Source: a virus. From it: a DNA stretch of 64,000 nucleotides. This document shows, piece by piece, positions 43,901 to 52,700 of the stretch. The notes beneath the pieces were generated by a model. It was not told the origin of the DNA, did not search any database, and saw only the letters and a list, made by a program, of their open reading frames with translations. Position numbers and translations under genes: made by a program. Each line of letters begins with the position of its first letter. Within the stretch, counting starts at the first letter, position 1. Location of the stretch: positions 1-64,000 of IMG/VR virus record IMGVR_UViG_3300025018_000004; one strand, given 5' to 3'.

Positions 43901-45836
43901 AGGAGGTTTCACCTGGCCATACTACCAGAATAATCCTGGCGTATCCAAGATTCTTCTTGAGTTGGATAGTGATCTCCATGGCGCTGGTGAATCCAGTGTT
44001 TTGACGGTTTCTGGAGGGAGCGGGGTTCTTTCAGTTAGCATTGAAGGAATCGATTATACTGAAGCCTTTGATACAGATGCGGACACTACTGCTGCAAATT
44101 GGGTGGCTACTCACGCAGCTACCCTGGCCGCTCTCACTCCATCAATTACTGCAACGGATACAGGCGTAGCAGAAATTACATTGGCGTCTTCATCAGACAT
44201 CTTGCTGAGTGACACGGGAACTGGAGCAATGGGTTTCACCATTTCAACAGGCCATGATTCCCAATCCAATCACTTGGTCAATCTCTGTTCCTTCAAATTG
44301 GATGTGTACAACAGCTTTACTGAACAGTCTCTGGTATGGACAGGATACTTCCAGGCAACTGTCGCCGCTGAAAATGAGCCGTTTGATAGCACTACTGCTT
44401 GGCATGCTGCCAACGAGACTTCTGAGATTTATGGTGGAGACACCTACATCTCAAAGTACACGTTCAAAGAGCACATGGATGAGGGATCATCTGTATTGAC
44501 CACCTATTCCCATGACATCGTATGTGAGTCGGATGACAACATTGGATTCCGTCATGAGGGACCTCTTGAGTGGGAGATCTATTATCCGAAGAGCTCACGC
44601 GCCTTGTTCTTGAATCCAGGAACCTATCCAGATGGGGGAGATCAGTACGACGTTGACAATCCGTATTATTACAACGAGGAGTACAATGATCTCCAGGACT
44701 GGAAAGTGTCCTTCCCATACGATGGTACTGATCCAGATCCTACCAGCTATCCAACAAGGGTAATTCGGTCTGGAGCTTCAACTGGAACCAATCAAGATCA
44801 CTTCAGACGATTCTTGGTTGATGATTATCTGGATTTCCCGCGCCAGCGAGGAGAACTTGTCCACCTTGCAAACATGGGATCTGTGATCATTGCTCACATG
44901 AAGCGAGGTCTGTACAGAACTCGTGGAAAAGAGGAGCTGAATTTCAGTGATATCCGAGCCTTTATTGGTTCCGGAGACATTTTCTCTGTCCAGCCGACAG
45001 AAATAGGATCCACTGAGATTGGACTTGGTGGCTTGCAGGACCAGCGTGCAGCTGTTGTGACTGCAAACGGCTACTATTGGATTGACAAGTTGGCCAAACG
45101 TGTTTACATGATATCTGGAGAAGGTATTAGGGACGTCACTGGTGGCTTGACCAATTGGATGGAAGACAATCTGGACAGTCTTGGAATCCTCCACCTTGTT
45201 GAGGACATGGCCGAAGAGCGTTTGATAATCACTGGGTACGGTGGGGCCACTGAGGAAACGCTTTCTCTTGACCTGGCGACAAATACCTGGACGTCTTTCC
45301 ACTCCTATTCTCCCCACTGGTACCTGCCATCATCGAATAACCTCCATTCTATAACTGGATCAACCATTTATCAACACCATACTGGAGACTACGGAAACTT
45401 CTATGGGGTTGAATATGACAGCTTCATCGAGTTCATTGAGAATGATCCCCCTGGAAAGCAGAAACAGGTAGCGTATCTGTTGATGGAAACGGTGGCTGAT
45501 GACAATGGAGTTGAGGACATTACAACTACCTTCTCTTCGTACAGAATCACTAACTCCTACCAGGATACTGGAACAGTTCCTGTTGATACCACTGTCTCAT
45601 TCTCGAGTGCTCAGGGAAACACTAGACGTCACAGAGGCTTCTGGAGAATGAATGTCGGGAGAGATACTCTCAACATTCCGTCTACCTCTGAGCTTCGTAG
45701 ATATGGCACCACCCAGGCGTATCAGAAGAGGCTTATCGATAAATGGCACAAGGTCAGGCTCACAATGGATAATTCGGCCAACCTTTTGCTGTATATCTTT
45801 CATGCACAGCTAATAAGCAGGCAATCCAAGCGATAA
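40917..45836 (+). CDS. giant structural protein (1639 aa) with at least two clear and two diverged copies of the shared module
   Basis: ATGA overlap with the amidase gene. The ORF is uninterrupted. Module copies lie at about 41151-41403 and 43998-44247, with weaker copies at about 42475-42640 and 42830-43005. Confidence 0.85.
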   Translation: MRFAGGINQDQHESRQPEGTYRDARNVILDDERGALKTEAGTIDIVGITTNYAVVGSTLMSDGRTAILSRYVAPFTYNLTVSQPSPGVNDILYLTINGVGYATPDNGSISATIDDWIADQGGELAVLDSPITAARTATNVLTLYCSSALTIVDGSTGFSFSQVAIGETISSQIGVFNGTSYNLILSDTGFSSSNKLEFGPFCEMTSRINHKDEYLIYWTDDVNPPRYLNIDLETGVERGLDTFTLFPTVEKHPYFQFNGLVAGGSLGTGSYHIALAYVNADGTQTGWIFVSHPIYVNDETNESFPDTYDGAENDYPTNRAISFSLTEVDENYSHIRIALIDGSDVRVMPDRVISLDNGVMTTTVTGNEAFTDGTLEEIVIPTAYYTKAKTLRQVDDRLYLGNVETLDKEFDYQKYANNISVEAVTDVFNVTGGLGYKDNEFSFTNKSFRRDEVYALYMSWVLKDGSETKAFHIPGRGSLGTNAGLSSGYVQFQTAAPTSISAASVIMTAKQDWIASVPSVHTIVVSGATALGVDVVDATYNVPIAAGMTGADVINEYISSMIDTAGITFKNNIQFANDPDDDYQMIITNRTGNNEDWNGVTFSVTASPKDGYTSNAYATTIALAGGEDDEGQPFTTSTIDFYGQTVNHVVSGGESKATIASNLVTALTGNVTINADYDIAVDGGDSSKVNIVAKVTGTPPEQFNSPLILDYRDVPKPFSVTAFGVGGGNEFYAANETELLTDLAADPANEPYIGRITQAFGIPGGAYDTAKLFHFSGAADAETGMGYWENANEDYPSTEDWDIWEVVAGSGQDTGRTLQGQKVRHHRFPDNYSNTVFDGTDTDPNARALGFKLTNVQIPNDLAAEVIGFKVYYAKRTDNNKTILDQGEFIYAGLDISTPASEFWFSQNKASDPAVTNAYDGNVGAVHPFNLLRNYPNINLGNLDYIKSQANIDDSLIDSSRVGLGSYIPAAQPRVRSVAAKTYIAEGTVQTDLSGGGFTWPYYQNNPGVSKILLELDSDLHGAGESSVLTVSGGSGVLSVSIEGIDYTEAFDTDADTTAANWVATHAATLAALTPSITATDTGVAEITLASSSDILLSDTGTGAMGFTISTGHDSQSNHLVNLCSFKLDVYNSFTEQSLVWTGYFQATVAAENEPFDSTTAWHAANETSEIYGGDTYISKYTFKEHMDEGSSVLTTYSHDIVCESDDNIGFRHEGPLEWEIYYPKSSRALFLNPGTYPDGGDQYDVDNPYYYNEEYNDLQDWKVSFPYDGTDPDPTSYPTRVIRSGASTGTNQDHFRRFLVDDYLDFPRQRGELVHLANMGSVIIAHMKRGLYRTRGKEELNFSDIRAFIGSGDIFSVQPTEIGSTEIGLGGLQDQRAAVVTANGYYWIDKLAKRVYMISGEGIRDVTGGLTNWMEDNLDSLGILHLVEDMAEERLIITGYGGATEETLSLDLATNTWTSFHSYSPHWYLPSSNNLHSITGSTIYQHHTGDYGNFYGVEYDSFIEFIENDPPGKQKQVAYLLMETVADDNGVEDITTTFSSYRITNSYQDTGTVPVDTTVSFSSAQGNTRRHRGFWRMNVGRDTLNIPSTSELRRYGTTQAYQKRLIDKWHKVRLTMDNSANLLLYIFHAQLISRQSKR

Positions 45837-45840
45837 TACG

Positions 45841-47592
45841 ATGGCTAAAAAAGATCCAGACAGAGTAAAAAAGCTTCTAGCGCAACTTAAAAAGGCGAAA
45901 GCTGATGCAAGAAGTGCTGTTGATGCTCAGCGTAAACTTGAAAGAGATACGTTGAATTTAAGAGATAGTCGACCTGGATCATTCACTAGTGAAGCTGAGC
46001 TTAATCTTCGTGCGCCAGGCATGGCTAGAGTAGATTCTGTTCGCAATGCTCGCGGCAAAGATATTCAATTTCTGCAGGCAATGATTAGGCGAGCGGGTCA
46101 AGATCAAATAGACAACACAATGTATCCAAAGACAAGACACTACGGAAAAGGCGGCTATGTTCCCCAATATGGACTTGGTGGCTTTCTGAAAAAGATTGGA
46201 CGTGCTGCTCTACCTATTGCCGGATCTCTTATTGGTGGGCCCATTGGTGGTTCTATTGGTGGTGCCATTAGTTCCGCTCTTGCTCCGAAGGACAAGTCTG
46301 CTCAGCAAGCGACGCAGCAAATCCAAGATCCTTCCCAGGGACTTCCTGCTACACAGCAGAGCCCTGTTGGGTTGACCGAAGAGACGCTTCAAGGGACAAT
46401 GCAATCTCACATCGAACAGATGCATTCTCGAACCACTGATGCTCGTGCTTCTCTTGGTGGCGGCTTCCGTTTTGGAGGTCGTCTTCCTATGCGCACAGGA
46501 GGAGCAATGAAACGCCTTGGCGGCACCGCAGTTGAATTCAACGGCCCATCTCATGAAAACGGTGGTATCCGACTCAGTAATAACGCAGAAGTAGAAGGAG
46601 GAGAGACCATGGACTTTGTCGCAGGCAAGGGAGGATCTGTTTCTCGGAAAGGTGTACCATACATCTTCTCTGATGTAGTGAAGGTCCCAGGCTCAACCAT
46701 GAGCTTTGCCAAGTACCACAAACAGATGGTCAAACGAGGAGCGTCTCCAGATCAGATTAGTTCTCTTGCTGATCGTCAGGAAAGAAGCACTGGTCGAGGT
46801 AACTCTGCTACTGAGGAGTATGCTTTTGGTGGTTTTCTCCAAGGGGCTGGTCGGTTTCTTGGAAAACACGGTGGAGATATTCTAGGTACTGCCGCAACTC
46901 TTGCTCCATCTCTCTTGAATATCGGGCAGGGTCTTTTCGGAAAGACTGATGCCCCAGTCATGCAGCAAATACAGGCCGAACAAATTGAAGGTCCAAGTCG
47001 CTCAGACTTTGGTCCAACAAGCAGATCTGGTCTTGACGAGCTTGGTACCTTCAATCCAGTTCGCCTCAATACCAAAGAAGCCTTCGCAAGGAACGCCTCA
47101 GCTCTTCGCACAGCGTCTCAAGGAATGGGTACCGCTGGACGCCTTGCCGCACTTGCTCAAGCTCGTCGTGGAAATCTCGAGTTGCAGAGCAACATCAATC
47201 AACAGGAAACCATGTTCAATGCACAGCGTCAGGATGCTCTCCAGGGTCGTCGTGCTTCTCTTGCGGGTCAGTATGATCTCGCAGATGCGTCTCAGGGATC
47301 TCGGTTTTCTCAGCTTCTCCAGCAGACACGGCAGTTCAATGCCGGTCAGAGAAGTGGTGTGAACCAGTTCAACGCTCAGGTAGATTTTGCAAATCAAACA
47401 GGCAAGATGCAGGCACAGGGGGCAAAGGCCAACATGTTGAACGCAGGAATCACTGGTCTTTCTCAGTTTGCTCAGAATAGAGCCAATCTGGGTGCCCAGA
47501 GAGAAGGCAATCAGACAGCCCTTCAGGCAGCATTGGCAGGAGCAGATCCTGCAACAGCTGCCCGTATACAACGCATTTTGGGGAACGGATAA
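45841..47592 (+). CDS. Gly/Gln-rich virion-internal protein candidate (583 aa)
   Basis: Glycine-zipper-like LPIAGSLIGGPIGGSIGGAISSAL, a GPSHENGGIRL motif, and a Q/A/N-rich C-terminal half. Confidence 0.8.
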   Translation: MAKKDPDRVKKLLAQLKKAKADARSAVDAQRKLERDTLNLRDSRPGSFTSEAELNLRAPGMARVDSVRNARGKDIQFLQAMIRRAGQDQIDNTMYPKTRHYGKGGYVPQYGLGGFLKKIGRAALPIAGSLIGGPIGGSIGGAISSALAPKDKSAQQATQQIQDPSQGLPATQQSPVGLTEETLQGTMQSHIEQMHSRTTDARASLGGGFRFGGRLPMRTGGAMKRLGGTAVEFNGPSHENGGIRLSNNAEVEGGETMDFVAGKGGSVSRKGVPYIFSDVVKVPGSTMSFAKYHKQMVKRGASPDQISSLADRQERSTGRGNSATEEYAFGGFLQGAGRFLGKHGGDILGTAATLAPSLLNIGQGLFGKTDAPVMQQIQAEQIEGPSRSDFGPTSRSGLDELGTFNPVRLNTKEAFARNASALRTASQGMGTAGRLAALAQARRGNLELQSNINQQETMFNAQRQDALQGRRASLAGQYDLADASQGSRFSQLLQQTRQFNAGQRSGVNQFNAQVDFANQTGKMQAQGAKANMLNAGITGLSQFAQNRANLGAQREGNQTALQAALAGADPATAARIQRILGNG

Positions 47593-49724
47593 TGGCTATC
47601 ACACCTTTTTCAACACCGGCTCAGCAGCAGTTCATTCCCTTGCAGGACTATACTCCTGTGGGGATGATTGGTAATGTGATCAACAAACTTGATGCTCGTC
47701 AAGCAGAAGGCCTTGCTGCGGCTGACAAGATGGATTTGCTTCGAGCAGAACTATCAAGACAAGTTCTTCCAGAACAGCAGCAGTTTGCTGACGATACTCT
47801 ACAGAGCGTTGGTGCTGAATTGGCCGCTCTTGCGGAAAGCGGAGACTATATCGATGCTCTTCCTAAGCTTCGTCGTCTCAGTACAGGTCTTGTGGAAAAG
47901 ATGTCTCCTCTGACTGAGAACTATGCTGCCGTCCAGGCTCGCAAGAAAGCAATCCAGGATGAGCTCCTCAAACGACCAGAAGCCTTTACCCCCAATGATA
48001 TTGAGTACTTTTTGAACGCTCCTCAGCGAGCTCTGTCTGCGGATCCAAATGCTCAATTCTCAGCCCCAATTCTTACTACTCGAGTTGATAGAAACAAGCT
48101 GCTGAATGACTTCTTCAAGGACATGGAACCAGATCAAGAGGTCTCCTTCATCAATTCCAATGGAATGGAAGTTAAGAAGACAGTTAAGGAGTTGACTCGG
48201 GAAGACATTCGTCAAGCCGGCATGTCTCTTTTGAAGGCAAATACTGGAGTTCTATCTGAACTTGATAGGGACTATCAGGCAGCAAAGCAGCGTCTTGGAC
48301 CAGGTGCTGCAGAACAATTTGCATGGTCAAAGTGGATGGAGATTGATGATCGTAAAAAGGCAATTGAGTCAGATCCCAATCTATCAGAAGATCAGAAGCA
48401 ACAGATTGTCGACAGTCTTAATGAGGCACAGGATAATCTTGATGCAAATCCAGAGAACTTCTTTCGTCAGTCCTTTGAGCAAGATGTTCTTGGGGCTGAT
48501 GTAAGTCCGTATGAAAACAGGGCTTACACTCAGACTTCTGTGACAACCAAGGCCAATCCTTATGATCTTGCTCGATTCAACAGCATGCTGCGACAGAGTG
48601 AGCAGATGCAGAGGGAGGCAAGGCAGGCTGCTCGGGATCAGAAGAATAGTAGCGATCTTCTCTACTGGAACGGAACCCTGACTCCAACACCATTTCCTGT
48701 TCCCCCATCTACGAATGTCTCTTCTATGATTGAGCAGGCAGATCAAACTGTTGCTGAGCTGCAGGAGCGGATGCAAACTCCTGGGCTACCGCCACAGGAT
48801 TACATGGTTATGCAGCAGCAGATTGATGATATTCAGACCAGGATCTCTACCGTAAAGCACCTTAGAGACAAGGCTGCAACTGAACTTGGTATCGATCCAG
48901 AAGCCATGGCTATCATTGAATCAGCTAAGCCACAGGTGCCGACGTCTGTCACTCCTCAGAGAATCGAAGAGCTTCAGAGGTGGGCGAAGAGTGGTTCAGG
49001 CGGTGAGGCAGGATCTCAGATGGTTCGTCGGATGAATGATGAAGAGCTTCAATACTACCAGGACTATCGTGACTGGTATGGAGGCCTGAACTCTGCAGCC
49101 AAGGATCAGAACAAAGCCATTGACAAGTGGATGAAGGACGCTTTCGATAATCGAGGTTCTGAGTCTGCAATGGTTGCCCCTATTACCGGAGACAAGAAGA
49201 TCCAATTGACGGCCATGATCAACGATATCGTTGGTCTTCGGTACTTTGAAGGCACTCCTGAAGATGGAAAGGAAATTGAACTTGGAGTTGATGGAAAAGA
49301 GCGTCCTGATATCACTGATTTGAGCAGTGTCACAACTGTTCCAGTGGGTCTCCCAGATGGAACGATGGCATATCGTCTCCAGGGTAGAGACAAAGATGGA
49401 AAGGCCTATACCATGGTGGCCTCTGACAACGAGAGTCTTCGTAACTGGCTTGGTAGGGTTGAAGTAGAAGGAAAGGCAGTCAACACAACAGCAAGCGGAA
49501 GATTGCTCAATGGGCTTGGAGACGGCATGTTTCTTGATCCAATCATTGGCGGACAGAATATTCTTGGCTCTGGAGGTAGCATCCAGCGCAAGGGTAATTC
49601 GTTCATCATCAAGCTTGAAGACGACACAGGCAATATTGTAACTGAGCGTGCATCCCTTGATGAACTAGTCCAATTGATGGAATCAGCAAGAGCGTCCTCT
49701 TATCAACCCCAAGCAAATGAGTGA
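47592..49724 (+). CDS. virion-internal protein candidate (710 aa)
   Basis: The start overlaps the upstream stop (TAATG). The ORF is uninterrupted. No motif recognised. Confidence 0.8.
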   Translation: MAITPFSTPAQQQFIPLQDYTPVGMIGNVINKLDARQAEGLAAADKMDLLRAELSRQVLPEQQQFADDTLQSVGAELAALAESGDYIDALPKLRRLSTGLVEKMSPLTENYAAVQARKKAIQDELLKRPEAFTPNDIEYFLNAPQRALSADPNAQFSAPILTTRVDRNKLLNDFFKDMEPDQEVSFINSNGMEVKKTVKELTREDIRQAGMSLLKANTGVLSELDRDYQAAKQRLGPGAAEQFAWSKWMEIDDRKKAIESDPNLSEDQKQQIVDSLNEAQDNLDANPENFFRQSFEQDVLGADVSPYENRAYTQTSVTTKANPYDLARFNSMLRQSEQMQREARQAARDQKNSSDLLYWNGTLTPTPFPVPPSTNVSSMIEQADQTVAELQERMQTPGLPPQDYMVMQQQIDDIQTRISTVKHLRDKAATELGIDPEAMAIIESAKPQVPTSVTPQRIEELQRWAKSGSGGEAGSQMVRRMNDEELQYYQDYRDWYGGLNSAAKDQNKAIDKWMKDAFDNRGSESAMVAPITGDKKIQLTAMINDIVGLRYFEGTPEDGKEIELGVDGKERPDITDLSSVTTVPVGLPDGTMAYRLQGRDKDGKAYTMVASDNESLRNWLGRVEVEGKAVNTTASGRLLNGLGDGMFLDPIIGGQNILGSGGSIQRKGNSFIIKLEDDTGNIVTERASLDELVQLMESARASSYQPQANE

Positions 49725-52700
49725 TCTTTCAAATCTGAACAGCATGCCTGTTCAAACTGATGCCACAGGAGAGGGTCCTGGTGGAACACCTCCGTCTCCA
49801 CTAGACAAGCTCAAGGCCATCAGAGGCATCAATCTAGGATCAACCCCACCCGTACCTGCTGACACAGTTCAGACAGACACCAGCCCACTTGGGCGGCTTC
49901 GTCAGGCGCAGGGAAATCCATATCAGATTGGTACCAATCGTGGCAAACTCTTCTCTAGCGCAAACGTCAGTGAGTATGCTCCATATATGCTTGGCATTGA
50001 TCCAAATCAGAATCTTGATGAGATCAGAGCACAGAACCAGTCTAATTTTGAACAGCTCGGGCATGCAATTGTAAGGACCCCTTTCCGTGCAGCTTTAGGA
50101 ATTGCAGAAGGAGCTGGATATCTCCTTGATTTTGAAGCCGTGGGCAAGACTCTTGCTTTGGGCGCTCTTGGTCAACCGGAGTATCACAACTGGTTGAGCG
50201 ATATTGCAAAGACTGGAAAAGAGAACATTTCTGAAGCTCTTCCTATCTACAGAGAACAGGCGCAAAAAGTCTGGAATCCAGGGGATGCCGCATGGTGGAT
50301 TGACAATGGTGCTGGTCTGGTTGAATCAATCGGATCTTTCTTCGTTGTTGGTGCCGGCCTGGCCGCAGGAACATCCAAGATTGCATCTGGCGTAGCTAGT
50401 TTGGCCAATATGATGGCCAAAGGGACGCAGATTGCTCGTGGAGCAGCTCAGGTTGCTACCGCAGGCGGTTTGGCATATGTGGAAGGAGCCATGGAAGGCG
50501 TTGAAGTGTATGATCAGGTATACCGCTTAGGTGTTGAACAGGGTCTTCCAGAGGCCATAGCAAAACAGCATGCTTCTGATGCTGCTGCAAACACTGTCAA
50601 GATCAACACCTTTGTAAACACTGGTCTCAACATGACTGGTGCCATGGCTTTCTTTCGTCCAATGCGCAGCCAAGGAGCCATAACAAAGGCCGGATTGGGC
50701 ATGAATGCTGGAGAAAGCATGTCCGCATATTTGACCAGACTCAAGGATACTCCTGCAAAGGGATTCATGAGTACGCTGCTTGCTGAAAGCGCACGCGAAG
50801 CTCCTCAAGAGGCGCTTGAAGAGGTAGTCAACGAGATCTCAAGTGCGGAAGGTTTGTTTAAGGGAAACGCTCTACTTGGGGTAGAAGATGGAAGAAATAT
50901 CGCTGAACGAGTGGTTGATGTTCTTCTCACTCCAGAAGCGGCCCTTGCGGCAACTCTTGGTGCCGTTGGGGGTGCAGGACAGGCTTTGGTTACTGGTCTT
51001 GCACCATCGCTGACACTCAAAGAGGGTGACGGTGTCAAGAATGCAGCCGTTTATAAGAAGCTTCAGACTCGAGGCTCTCGTGAGCATGCTGCCATCATGG
51101 AAGCACAGACTCAGACCAGGACTCGGCTGATCAAGTTGGTTGAGAATCATATCGATGCTCGTAACCGCATGCAAAAAGCATCGGAAGAGGGCAATATTGA
51201 AGAATACCGGAAAGCAAAGGATGATCTTTTTGATGTGATCACTGAGGATCGGATTGTCACTGGTATGGAAGAGCAGCTTATTGCTGGCTTCGAAGCTGTC
51301 AGAGATATGACTCCGGAAGAAGCCCAGGATGCTGGATTCGACGCAGATCCTGACAGCGACGAGTATTACAAGAAGCTTGCTGATGACCGAATTAGAAAGA
51401 GCAAGAAGCTCACCAAGCGCTGGAATGAGATCCAGGACACGTACAATTTCGACAGTGACGAGCATCTCTCGCGTCTGCCGTATTTCATCTTTGGATCTGA
51501 GGTCCAGATTGAATCTTTGAACGATCAGCTCTCCAGGGTCAGAGATGCCAAGCAGAAGCTATCAGCTGATCAACAAGCACAGTCGATGTTTCTTGATACA
51601 GATGTCACGTTTGACTCTCTTCTTCAGCTTGATGAGCAGAGAGCTGCTTTAGACAAGCAAAAGAAGACGCTTGCCACAAAGATCAAGTCAACTCAGGAGC
51701 TGATGAAGACCGATAGTGGTCGTGCAAGGCTCCAGAAGATGTATGATACGTACGACATGGACTCCATCATTTTGGGATTGAATGATGCAGTTGCTGCTAT
51801 TGGACGCCGGGAGACTGACATAGGCCGTCAAGTCGAACAGATCTCAGACTCCATCAAGGAATCTGATGGAATGGATGCATATAACGACTGGCTCAACAAG
51901 AACATCGCATACAAGGAGGCCCTGGAAGAGATCAGCAATATAGAGGCTGGTGCTCAGACTGAACTGGCTGAGATTCAGACGTCTTTGAATAACGTTCTGT
52001 CTCAGAGAGGAAGGAGAAACTTCTCAAAGGCCTTCAATAATGAGCTGACTAGACTCCAGGATATTCAAAAAGAAGCCATCAAGGAAGAAATCAAGCAGGC
52101 TCAGACTCGTGAGGAGCTGACTCAAATCTCTAACCAAATTGATCCTGATCAAACTCCTGAAATCTCAGATGAACTCGAGAGAAAGAACGCTGAGCTGAAT
52201 AGATTGGAGGACGACAAGGCTAGGAAGGCTGAAAAAGAAATTCTTGATCAGAAGGGTAGGGAAATGGACGCTCAGCTTGAACTTGAGGCTAAGTTGAACA
52301 TAAATCAGGAAGTTCCTATTACGCAGCGTCGTGACTTCGAAGACCTCACTGAGAGAAACAATCTTCTTGAGTTCATGCTTGAGATAGATGATCGTCAAGA
52401 GTTGGATGAGGCATTTTTGCACTTCTCCAAGTTGTATAACCTGGATGATGATTTCCAGCGTGTCATCTTTGAACGTCAGAGCCAACTGTCATTCAGTAAT
52501 AAGAGACAGGACAGAGACGATTCTCTTGACGTGTCTGATTCAGCCACTGCTCCAGATGAGCCCACGACAAATCGATATCGTTCTATGGAGGAAATGGATG
52601 ACAGTCTAGACGCAAGTCAGGAGGGGCGGGAGGAGACCTCTTCTTCAGGGAAAACTCAGTCTGTTGGACTCAAGATTGTAGAAGCGTCTCTTGCTCTCGC

